Shown here: in pieces, positions 50,401-62,838 of the stretch | How the letters are laid out: the number at the start of each line of letters is the position of its first letter | Numbering within the stretch: the stretch's first letter is position 1 | NCBI GenBank assembly: GCA_040954595.2 | Contig: CM082576.2 | Coordinates: 2,330,760-2,394,759, forward strand | Reading direction: 5' to 3' | Length of the DNA stretch: 64,000 nt | Origin: Balanoglossus misakiensis | Lineage: Eukaryota > Animalia > Hemichordata | Program-made: the position numbers and the translations under genes | The notes under the pieces: generated by a model | What the model was told of the DNA's origin: nothing | Databases searched by the model: none | The model's input: only the letters and a program-made list of their open reading frames with translations

Positions 50401-53400
50401 CCGGGTCCAAGTTGCCGGGGCAACATGAAACACATATCATATGGTGATAAAAGACATGGAAAAGCAGTTGTTTTTGAAGTCAATGAATGGCAGACAAAAT
50501 GGACAAACGTTTTAATCTCAATTCATGCATGATTAATGACAGGAATTTTTGCAAAATTAAAAGACAAATTGTCCTGACATAGGTCTTCTATGCTCTTGTG
50601 ACAACATAAGCAGCAATTACTGCAATAATCCTCAAATACCAGTATCTTGTTGTTTTTTGTGGGAAAAAGTGAATATCCTGGTCAAGGAGTGAGCCAGTGA
50701 TACTTTAACAAGACAGTATTAAGTCACTCAGCCACATCTCTGTCAACATAGCTGGTAGCAAGGGCTTTGTAAAAAAAATTAAGTTTTACAAAACTCATTT
50801 TAAAATTCAATCACTCTTCTGAGTCTTCTCTTTATTATACATCAGAAATCATCATGTCTCCCTTCAGCTATCCATAAATGAAACATGAGCTTTCACCATG
50901 CATTTAGATGTCTTCCTTTGAAACCACTGCAACAAGGTTTTCTTTTGGCATTTCTCGATCAACATGCTATGTCTGTCATATAAGCTGTGTTTGCCTTGTC
51001 AGAATATTGAAGTTTACCGTGTGTAGCAAGAGTGATAATCTCCAGGCCAGATGGTGGTTACAAAGCAATGTGGATCATGATACTGGTATGCGTAAGCAGA
51101 AAGCTATGCTACTGACCTAAAGTCAACAGAGAGAACAGGTACTAGGTACACAACTTGAGTATCCAAAGAGGTTCAAAACATTCTATTTCAAGACACTCTA
51201 TACTGAATGAAGATACCATATTCATCGCAGGATGCAAAATTCCTTCCTGATATTTTACAGAACCCATCCATAACAGGTGGCAGAGACAAATGAGAAATAG
51301 CATGCCAGAAAATTTATTTTTGGTCTTATTTGACCATATTGAGCAGTTTTGCAGCATCTGGAATATAATTAGAAATTAGAATGATTAAAAGTTCATTATT
51401 GTGGTTGTTGTTTTATTTTCATTGGCAAGCTGTCATAATCTATAATTGAAACCTATCACATTAACTTACATTGTATGATGCAAATTAATTAATTTCTTAA
51501 AGTACACCTAACCTAGGTGAATATGACCTGAAAGGAAATTTACACATTTCTGCAAATATTTTAAATAGCTGTCTTTGTCTTTGTTTAATATCAGAACATG
51601 ACTAAATTTTTGTATCTACATCTCTACTCCCCACGCCTGGCATGTATCATAATACGGTCTTTCAAAAATGGTGTCATTTCTATTCATCTCATTCTGTTCA
51701 GACGTGCACATTCCTAGCATTTTCAAATATTATCCTTACGTAACCTGGATATTCATATATTTCAAGCTGTCTTTTCTAACAATAGAGAATAACATTCACA
51801 ATATTGAATTAGTCATTCTTGGCATTGTTATGCCAAAAACAGGGAAAGCAAAGATTCTCCAATCTCAGCTTCTACTAACAATCAATTGAATATAACTTCC
51901 TCCTCTTTTGACTGAAGAAAGGAAACAGTCTCATGTAATACATGTAGTTCTCTGTTGGTTGGTTTCAGTATTGTCGTCCTGCTGTGAAGACGCCTCGAGG
52001 CTTATTTTGCTGCACTGATTCCGCACTTCCTCATATCACCAATCCATAACAGAAACACGCATACCTTTCCACTAAATCAGTCAGCCTATAGAACACTAAA
52101 TCACTTGAAATCTTATCGAAATCTGCGACCTTTCCCCCCACCCTCATCAGACCATTGTTAAGATGACAGTTACTCAAAGTTTGGTGTGTTACAGAGATTC
52201 TGAACTCCTGACAGTGTATTTGACACTGGTCCTACTCCACTGCCTCTCATCTGACGTGAACCATGACCTCCCCCTGTACATGTAAATAGTCAGACCATGC
52301 ATCCACCCACCCACCCAAGATAAGATTGGCAACTAACAGGAGCATACAGATAAAGGTTCAATTCTTTACATAAATACCATAATTAGAGCCGTTTGTTTTC
52401 TTGCTGTAGAATTATTGATTTTGTTCATTACAGACATGTAGTAATGAGTTTCAAGTTACACTGTAGATACAGCATATACTATTTGAGTTATATTACAACT
52501 TGGGCACTCACTTTTAAAACCTCACTTCAAACAGTTTTCTCTATTGTTTCAATGTTCTATCTTACATCTGATATGATATGAATTAAATAATCCTGGAGGA
52601 AAAGGTTTAAAACAAACTCGACCACATACATGCACTATACCACAACAACACTCAAGAAGTCAAATTCTGAATCCAGAATTTTTTTCTTATGTGTCATTCA
52701 TTGTCTAAGACAAAGCGAGAAGTAAATGAATAGTGAGCTTACTCTAGGAATCCTGTCAACAACACACATCATGCTGTGACCCTGCCCCTCACAACTGTAA
52801 ACACAGTTAAACTCCCCAAACCCTGTCAAATATACCAAAAGATTAATGTGTTTGAACCTCCAGCATCTCGTGTGCCTGCAAGGACTATAGGTAAGGTTTG
52901 ACTAAGTTGATGATCACACAAAAGTCTAACCTAGACCATAGTTCACAGTTGACCAAGCATACCAATCTTTAGAATTCACAGTAGCTTTGTTAAGGAATGG
53001 CACCTATTGTCCTCTCCGTCCTCTTTTGTTGATCAGGCATAACCTTTTTTGTTCGGCAACGGATTCCACTGAAAATCATCACAAGACTGAATCTGCCAAA
53101 ACTGCAAGCATGCTATGCTGATGGTCATCTTGACGTACTGAATTGAACCTGTGGTGCAGGATGTCAGACAATATGTACAAAGTGACAAAAATAATGACAT
53201 CATTACCATCTACAATCCCCTGCCATTCAATTTTGGTTTTACTACTGAATTACGATCAGTAATAGTATTTAAAAAAGCTATGGAGCTATTTCGGATGGTT
53301 GGATTTACGAGAACCCCTTCACTACTGAAAACTCAATTACTCCATCAATTGTGAGCATCAACCATAATACAACCTCAAAGTGTTCACAGCTTGGAAAAAA

Positions 53401-54621
53401 TCACATTTTCGTGGCACAGCAGATAACATTACCCAAGTGACATGAAACTGTTGATAGGCCAATAACTCATCAATTATATTAAAGATACCCGGGAGGATGA
53501 TAAACCATTGACCCTCTCAATGAAATGAGATTTATGGAGGAGAAATGAAACTTCATCTCTTTCCTCTGCATAAAAATTATTAACCTAACTAAATTCTGGA
53601 AAAGGACATGCAAGTTTACAAGAACTTCAGTAGCAAAACTTTCAACTGTGTTATTGTTATTCATTTTGTTATCTATTTATCTATTATTTCGATGCTTTTT
53701 GAAACTGCTCCACTCTGACAATACGTGACCTTCAATGTCTTTAGGGGAGTGCCACAAACTCCCAACAACTGGTATACATGATTCACATTCCACCACAAGG
53801 TGCTACAAAACAATACAGTTCTTGTTTTCAACTCTCTTCTACTAACAGTAAACAATACGTGAAACCGCCATTCGATAGGAACACCAACATCAAACAGGTG
53901 GTATGGTTTGATATCATTAACCCAGATAGAATATCCGGTGCTGCTGGCCTCTCAAAATTCGCTCATTTGTAAGAGAAGCCTACGCAACAGAGAATCAGGC
54001 TCCCTCTTCCGGGTTACTTCCTACATTTGTTTTCATTTTGTCTCCAGATTTAGAAATTCGATCAACTTCATTTTGTTCTATTGAACTATAAATACTTATA
54101 TTCATATAAAGAAAGCGATTGAATAGTTCCCTGGGTAGGCAAAGACTGACTTTGAATGGGTATTTTTTCAAGGGGGTAACTGCAGTGTGAAAAACGATCT
54201 CCGAGCTTACTTCTGTCACATTGGCTTTCTTGAAGTTGATGGAGAAGCCACTTTGACATTTTCGATGTGTCTTAAATATTGCACATGAGTTTGGATCAGA
54301 AAATTGAAGATATGTCAATGTGCAAGTATGACACATTGCTTCGACTTTTGTACACACCCATGGAGCGATCTGTAGATAAGTAGAATACCTCCCACCCACC
54401 TGAGCGAGTTTACGTTGTTCGGGTGTTTCCCCCACGGAACGGTCGACGACACTGCAGTTGTGAGGTTTCCCCCCAACACCTCACTTGCCGTTAGCTTTAT
54501 TCGGCAAAACGATGTTCTATCAGCTTTTCTTAAATAAATGGGATATCAAATCAGAGAGCACACGGCGGGGTTGTTCAGTTTTCAACGCGTTTCCCGAAGG
54601 AATGTAAAAATTTCCCCTTAC

Positions 54622-54665
54622 CTTTGTGTGTCGGGTCTACGTAAATTTCCAAAATGGCGGGGTGG
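54622..54665 (-). promoter_or_regulatory. Probable non-coding first exon / transcription start region of PALS1
   Basis: Strong donor aaag|gtaagg at 54621/54622, a YY1-type motif aaaatggcgg at 54651-54660, and local CpG enrichment over 54400-54760. Confidence 0.5.
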
Positions 54666-56365
54666 CTGGATCAGTGTTGACTATCGGTAACCCTTTTGCC
54701 TATGCTTCCAGGTGTCTCATTTACGGCAGCTAATGGTATCCGATAGGAGCCGAGTTCTTAACAGAACTTCTTAAAGAGTTGGTCAGGAACAAGTGGTTGA
54801 TTATTACGAATGAAATCTGATGATATGATCGCAGAAGTACGCCATAAATCACACAGAGTTTGACGACTTGCTCTATGCCTTGGTGGTGAATGGGTGGCGG
54901 CGTTTGTCAGAATAGTTAAATCAAATGATCCTATTGGTTGACATATGTTGCTGTTCGTTTCAATGCGTACACCCATACTGCAATTTCTCCAGGTGAAAAG
55001 GGAGCGCGACATACAAACATCTCATAATATTGAACTTCTGTGTTTTTCATTTGTTAAAATTAATTGCAGAACTTAAAATCGTAGATAATAACATTTGACA
55101 GAGTTTACTGAAAATTGTTAATTTTATATCTGTCGAACTTTGACCTAAAAGATATGTCGCGTATGAACTTGACCCGGCAAAAGACACAATGCCCAAGTTT
55201 TGTAACACCTGTTAGATTCATGGCAATAATCGCAATAATGCTGCCGTCGCCTTCTATATACGTTGAAAACCACATTACAGTAAAATCAGACGATAAAGAG
55301 CAATGAGTACTTCGAGTAGGTAAACAATTATTCATATTGAATTGAAAGAAACTTGTCATTTACTGAGAGTAAATGGCGACACTAGTCATTTAAACTTTCC
55401 CATCCCTCAATGTGTTGGCACCAAAGATGTCCCCCAAAAACATGGAAAATGTTTTGTTTTGTTTTCACCATCATGGTCCGCGAAAACAAGAATAGTTAGC
55501 CCTATGTCGAAAATCCCAGTGGACCTATCACAAAACCAATCGCATACCAAAAACTCACAAAAAGTTCCCTTCATATACTGTAAATTAGAAAGTGTTTTTG
55601 ATGAAAATTTCACCCATATTTCACCGAAAAAATTTTTTTTGTTGTTATTGCTGGAAAGGAGTATCGTTATTTTTTGCGGTCGGAACAAGCATAGATGCGC
55701 ACTTTTCCTGGTAGTGGAACCGCTGGGTTCCACTTGCCAACATAGGACTGGGGCCTATGGGGAAACTTCGCAAATAAAATCTCGTTGTTCAAGTTGTCAA
55801 AACTTTTCAAGAAAATCTGAACACCGTTTCACGACAAAATCACAGGTAAATTTATCATTCTTTCTTGTAGATAATAATTAAACTACTATAGTATGTGCTG
55901 CTTATAATCAGTGCTTTGATGATCTTCTGCATGCCACTAGTTTGCGCGTGAAACTGATGACGCGGTCATCTTCGACTTGCGCGAGTTCGGCGTCTTCAGC
56001 ATGCTTGGTTAAAATATTCATGTTCTAGAACACCGTTTTGCACGTAGTGAATGAAATGCGAACTGCACCGATCTGCAAGTTGCAGCTTTGACCCGTAAGT
56101 GGCCTGCCAAGTTATCTTTCACTTCCGAATAAGGATCAATTGCCTAAATTCTCGATACAGTCACTCTCCAGAACTGTTTCAGACCTATATGCCTAGTGTA
56201 TAAAATGTAGGCCCACACACACAAACGATGACTCTTTTTGCATGTCACTGGTCAGTGAAGATTTGTGAGTCGACCTTGGCCAAATCGACCTTCTTTCTCA
56301 TACTTCCTCATATAAGATTAACATATCAATGATATATATATCGTTCCCGACATTCTATATCAGAA

Positions 56366-56500
56366 ATGTTGGGACCTTCTCCATCTAGGAGGGCAAAATC
56401 ACAGTCTGGTCTCCAACCATCGCTGACTGTCACTACACTCAGAAAGTCAGGCAGTCTCAATGAGCAGAGTCTAGCCCAACATAACCAAAGGTAAGCCGTA

Positions 56501-56591
<91 letters not shown>

Positions 56592-59107
56592 ATTTATGGA
56601 TCGAGATACAATGTTTAGGCTCAGCTCTAGACCTACACACTTCTTTCTACAGTTTTCCACCAATCGACAAGAAGTCCAGGTCATCGTTGGAGACGAGAAT
56701 CGCATTTTGGATTCAGACCGTCACAACACCCCCTGCAGAAGATACATACCAGGTGATAAACATGACCGTTGTGATGATCACATACACCACACAAAATATT
56801 ATAAGTGTCAGTGTCAAGCACTCGCCGTCCTCTCATACAGGTGTCATGGCGAGCGCCCCCAGTGGTGAACATTTGACTGGTTTGGCGCAGGTTTGGCGGA
56901 GCCAAGTCATCGGCAGCATTATGTAGTCTTTTCATGTGTTTTTTTTTTTGGGGGGGGGGGGTGTACAGTAGTTTAGTTGATGTAATGCATATTGTTTGGT
57001 TCTGAAGTTTACTGTGCCATGGGTAATTTTCTCATTAATTCTTTTATACAGATATTACACATATGTCCCAAAACGGGTTGGTCCTGTAGGTGGTGTCTCT
57101 CATGGCTGAATTTTTTTTCACGATTTTTATTTGCCAGTATTTATGAGTTTTATAAAAGTGGACATTGTTCGCAGAATGATAGCGTCGAGCACTTGATGAT
57201 TCGATTTGATTTATTCTAACTGTTCCCGATCGTTCCAACAGAAAACGAAGGCGCCTTCTCCTGAAAGTAATCTCCTCTCTCCAGAAAAAGAAATAATGGA
57301 GGAAGAGCGAGATATACAAAGCCTGTCGGCGATGGAGATTGTTACTGAAACGTAAGAATCTAAAGTAAAATTGCCTCTAGCTATCCGCTTATCAAGTAAT
57401 TTTTACGACTGCAATAGTGAACATTGACATCAATTTACCATTTGAATTGAAAATGAGTGAATGTTCGTAATTTCAGAAAAATGTTGTTACTACCTTACTA
57501 CCACAGTCGCGTAAACAATAATTGAACCCCTTGTTATTGTCCTTATGATATGATGCAAAACTGCAGACCCCAATTTTCTACTGTAAATATGAATGTACAT
57601 GTATTCTGCTTCTACGTCACAGAGATGACGCGGACGGGGGCGCGGAGGCATCCGAGGCGAATGACGGGATTCCACAATTGTCGTCAAGAGACGAAACCAA
57701 CAAAACTGAAATCGAAACGATTGGGTCGGCGACAGGTTTGTGTAGATTTTGTCACCGTAAAAAAAATAAATCCCATTGAAAGGCCGGGATCACTTTATTT
57801 TGAACTTTCAGTTTCTTGAGAAGGCAAATGCCAGACGAGTCTTAATTTACTTCCGAAAAGGCGAACCGTCGCACTTCGGGCATACCACGTAAGCTTATAT
57901 TTAATCAATTATATAGACAGCCAAGATAAAATAGATGGGGATCGCTCGAAAACCGATACGAAACTTGAGACGGAGAATGAAATTGCTTTGAGCGGACACG
58001 CGGTGACAGACGATACAAGCTGTGAGAAGGTGAATGCAGAAGACGATGCGATAGAAGAAGTGGTAAGAAACTCGTTGAAAAAAAATACTTTTTTGTAAAA
58101 AAAGTGTTCTATAAAATTTGTATTTGGCATGGTTTGCTTATAAAGTGAGCAGACAGTAATATTTTTTTCTCACAAACTATGTGAAATGCAGTCAGTATAT
58201 TCTGCTGGTATTTTCGTCCGCATACACCATATTGACATTTTGTTTTAGTCCATAGTTGAGGACGACTTTAAGGCTACCAGCCAGCAGCCTTCTTCAAAAT
58301 CACCACCACCAAGACGAGATTCAACGCTATCGCCTGCAGTGAAAGGTATCTATATCTATCAAATCTGGGTGTGGTCGCTTCAGCGTTGTCGGGAACAAAG
58401 TGACAGAACTTTGCATTTCTGTGGATAACCCCAATACTGTATGTCTCAACTCCTCACAGCTGCCGGACTACCTGGTCAAGTGTCCATGGTCAGCAACATC
58501 AGGAAATGGCAGCTGAAGAGTAAAGACAAGACCACACCCCTGAAAGAGTTCGTCAAGGCAAGTCTTGGTATTTGTGTGAGAAAAAAAAGCAGTATTCCAC
58601 AACCATGAATGCAGAACACATATGAATACAGTATTACATTATTTAACAAAGATAACTTTTCTTGTAATTCACAATTTCCAGGATAAATACCACCTGACAC
58701 TTATAAGGAAAGAATGGGATAATATAATCACAGAGCTGCCTCTTCCGGTGTCTATCCACTTGAAGAAAGAGACCAGACCAATGTTACAGAGCCTAGTCAG
58801 AGGTTTGGGGAATTATTATTTAGAATTTTTAAATCAAAAACGGAATGCATGTACTGGTTGTGGGCAAAGTAAAACCATAAAAACTTTGGACAAAAATTTG
58901 CAAAACATGGCAGTAAAAGGGTTAATATACTTGAAAGAAATGGAAAAAATATCAGCTTTCATTGTTATGTCTCTTCTTTCTGTGTGTGTCTCTCTCCTCA
59001 CAGAATACAAATCTGCCTTTGGACCTGACCACAAGCTGACACTAGAGGCACAAGCAAAGCTGGAACACTTAAATGAGGAATTGGCCAATTCTAGCGTCTT
59101 CGTATAG
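56366..59107 (+). CDS. Multi-exon protein with an acidic, low-complexity N-terminal region and a CatSper-zeta (TEX40)-like C-terminal domain
   Basis: Well-supported phase-consistent exons 57242-57351, 57623-57735, 57917-58062, 58249-58345, 58460-58557 (GC donor), 58682-58802 and 59004-59107. Tentative upstream exons are 56364-56490, 56653-about 56922 and 57052-57076. The C-terminus WDNIITELPLP...REYKSAFGPDHKLTLEAQAKLEHL matches the recalled human CATSPERZ WAEQQSRLPLP...RSYQLGIGRDHFLTKELQRYIEGL. Confidence 0.7.
56503..56589. repeat. (GAT)29 microsatellite, intronic
   Basis: A perfect GAT run starting 12 nt after the donor aaag|gtaag at 56490/56491. Confidence 0.97.
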
Positions 59108-60054
59108 TTCACATCTCACAGATGACTGGTTCAAGTGCAAATATGTTATTGGAAATGTTAGCTAAAATAACCGAGTTCTGATTTCTACACAGAAAAACTA
59201 ATTTATGTACATTTACACACAGTCACTCAAAGGACTGTGATTTTGATACATAAAGACACTACCACTGAACATGTAAAAAATAGAGAGCTTTATTGGCAAG
59301 AGTTTTTTGGTTGTCCATGATGCAATGATTATCTGTAAATGAGTTCAGCTGGAGTATCGCGAGAACATTTGTAACTTTGACTTGCAAGGTTACCGGTACT
59401 TTAAAAAGTAGAAGTAGGGGACACTATCTGGGCAGTTCATGAGAAGCTCAGATGGCATCACTGAACTAATGTCAACAGAGCTGATTGTCGGTGCTTTCAA
59501 TAGCTGTCCAGGATCTCAAGACTTTTAGACGACTGCATATTGCAACGCCAAATATTCTGACTGATATCTGCAATTTGAGGATAGGCTGAACACAAAGGTG
59601 ACACATACAACATTGCTGCTTAGTTTTCCTCTAAAACACTGATGAACGTTGACTCACATAACAAACGGCACCTGATTGGCATACTTGAGTCGTATGAGGC
59701 TACTCAAATGTCCAATAACAATATAGCAAAATATACATTCTATACGTGTATTCTTAAATTAATAAAGAAGAAATCTTTTCTCTTTTTTGCAATCCTGAAA
59801 AATACGAATAAAATAAACGGAATTCCTGAAGTATTTGGAATAGGAGGATTCTACTTAAATCTATTTTCTTCAAAAACAATAAATTATCAAGTGACAGTAC
59901 TTTGTGATATCTTCCATGAATATTTACAAGACAAAATCTTAGAATGAAACATATCACACTCATTAATAGCACACTTCCAAGCTATGCCACTTTTTATCAT
60001 AATTGTATTTCTTTTTAACCTGATGAATTGCTGTGATGTAAAAAAAGATATATT

Positions 60055-62838
60055 CTACAGTCGAACTGTAATCTTTCTCTGTTTGAAGAGTTTTGTCAGC
60101 AAAAAAAGTGTGAGTATCACGGCCAGGATAATAAAAGCTGGAAGTATTCTGTGCATGCTTTCACTTTCTTCAATTGGACTTTGGAGATGAATGTCATAAA
60201 CAGGGACATGTGTATGGATGTGCTCTTCCTGGGCTTGCAGCATTGCCTGTACGCCTGGTGGTCCCGGATCAATGAAGAATCGCACATGGACAATAAGGGC
60301 TCCGGCTGCCACAGCCGTTTTATGAGCTTCACAGCCATCTAGGAGTAAATATAATGGAGGAATAAGTATGCTTCATCATCATCATACAAGCACCAGTAAT
60401 ATTCAGACAATATATCAATGTCATACTACACCTTTTAAATCTTGAACCCTCTGCAATTTCCTTGATTTATGTGGTAGATTTTCAATGTCCTTTACATCTC
60501 TCAGTCTTTCCCTTTCCTCCCCGGCCACTCTCCCATGCTCATGCTCATCTCCCACAGCTCTCGCATCTCTTCCCCTTGGCACAGGCTTCTGCCTCTTCCG
60601 TGACCTGTATCCATAGCAACCACCTGAGTGTTGCCATGACAGCATTCTCTCGAGCCAGTCCAGGCGTATGAAGTCAACGTATCCCAGAGAACCACAGGTG
60701 AAAACTGAAATCGAACGCAGAGCGTGTGTTACCCACGGTGATGACACAAGTACAGTTCACTTTTGCCAAGTGACGACCTGCCTCTGCTCTCTAGTTCAAA
60801 GATATAAAAAAAAAATTTGTCACCTTGCTCCATGAGTAAATCCTCCTCGTAAATCGGAATGCCGATCCAGACAATCTTCTTGGTCTCTTCAATCATCGCT
60901 GAACACAGTTCATGTTGGATCTGTCTGATGCTTCCCTTCCCATACTGTTTAGCCACTTCATTTACAGTGTCTGTGCACTCCACCTGCAAGAATGTCAGTA
61001 CTGACCCAGTGAACTCTGACCCCTTGTGACAAAAATAGTGGCAAAATACTAAAAGTTGAGGACTGAGTTACTAGTCAAGAACTAAGCATACGGTTTGTGG
61101 ATCTTTCTGAAATAAAGCGCAGAGGGCGCTGTTTATAGAAACTGAAAAGTTGTATGTATACACTTCAGATATTTATTAAAATGACTTTAAAGTCAGCTAT
61201 TTTTCTCATCGTTTTATATATTGGGCAGCAAGTGCTGGCTGTACAAAAACCTAGGACAACATGGACCAGATTTCAAGCCTGGTGTGCAAGCTGATTTCAT
61301 ATGTTCCGATCGAGTTAGCCTACCTGTTCAGCAACTGCAAAATACAAAACTTGGTGTGTGATTGCATAGAGACTCTGTTTAGGTCTTGTCATCAATGACC
61401 AGCACTCAGCAGAAACTGTGCAAGCAGGGTCTCTGTTGTTGGTTCCCATCATCTGGGACATGCATGCATCGCTCATTTCCTCATCCATTGCAACTGAAAC
61501 GAAATCTCCTTTTTAGTGCAACATGCATTCAATAAAGTTCATAGTTTTCTGAAGAAAAAAAACTGTTTGAAATATTAGATACCGCATGTACCGGTAGTTT
61601 TGAATTATTACTCCATTTTCAATATTCAAACTTCAAACGTATATAAAATCATCAAAGTGGCAGACTTACTGTCATCCTGGTCTGCTAGGTCTTGGTTGAT
61701 ATTCCCATGAACCACCGATGTTATGTCTGTTTTTCTGTGGGGGTGTGAAACCCTCCACGGCTCTCGAATGAGGGGCGTCAACCTCTTGAAGTACCCTGGA
61801 TCTTTCTCCTGCATGTGGGGAAGAGCCATGTTCGCAATAGTCCTGGCTTCCTGCCGGAGTCTCTCCAGTGTGTCAAACACATCCACCGGAACCATTTGAT
61901 GCAAGCCTGTGTTGTGTTCTTCTACCAACAATGCACTGTGACCTGAAGCAGGAAAGAGGATATGCTAGTCAATGTGAATTGTGGTCATGTGTTACAATCA
62001 CAGTCCCTGTATCTCATGCAAGAAGTTTCCTGTCAGTGTTAGAAATGTATGTGCATAGGAGATGTCTTGAAGTTTACCTAGTTTTTATACAGCTAAACAA
62101 TTTGCTTCTGGATCTTAATCATTTGCACTGGGTATTGTCAAGTCAGTTTAATTCACAGCATTGCTGAAGACCCCGGGACAGTCGTACTACGGACTACGGA
62201 ACTGCCCCCGTATCGATATCACACTCACAGGTACCGACGCTCGACAGCCACGGAGCATGCAACCGGGCATACTCCGTTTAATCTGTGATACAGAATACTG
62301 TCAAAATTGAAACAGGTTGTTGAATGTCTGTGAAATAAATAGCCGGTTGAAAATAGCTAGATCTTCTCCTAGTCATGGTCTTTAATAGTGCATGTACACT
62401 GTCGCTTTCACAGTCTGAAGAAGGAAACTGCTGTGTTGGCAGCGGAGACCTTGTCTTCTCCATGATTTCGGTCGGTCCTTCATCGATGTAAATACAAGTC
62501 GACTCAAATGACACGAACGATAATATTTACTAAAACAGGAATTCCTCAATTGCTCATAAGATAGCAATAGAATCGATTATCTCGAGCCCACTCCAAACAT
62601 CACTTTACAGATGACATATGTCAGCCTATGCAGTCACAACAAATCTCGTTCTCTCACCTTCAACAACTCGAAGACCGTACGTGCCGTCTAAATTCATATT
62701 CTTGTACTCAGCTCGGTAATACTGCAGCACTTTGTCGAGAGCGTTTAGTACTGTGTACACTGTAATTTGTGATTTCTCGTCTGTGACTGGGATGCAAAAA
62801 CATGATAAAATCAAAGGAACCAAAACAACGGACTTCAT
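60055..62838 (-). CDS. UPF0764 / C16orf89-like protein with a signal peptide and a C-terminal transmembrane helix
   Basis: Exons 62658-62838 (signal peptide; NMNLDGTYGLRVVEG), 61670-61942, 61324-61493 (SDACM...C.VS.ECW..MT...Y..THQVLY), 60824-60983 (DLLMEQ), 60432-60704 (CG.LG...WL..MLSWQ..GCYG) and 60055-60338 (DGC..HKTAVAAGAL; TM ILPAFIILAVILTLFLL). These motifs match the C16orf89 family as recalled. Confidence 0.85.

Noticed and set aside
56457-56926. ORFs with poly-D, poly-M or poly-S tracts
   Set aside because: These are translations of the intronic (GAT)29 microsatellite. Only the part after the acceptor at 56652 is plausibly coding.
62165-62620. CpG-rich patch and short ORFs in intron 1 of the C16orf89-like gene
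   Set aside because: I could not identify terminal repeats, a TSD or a recognisable protein motif.
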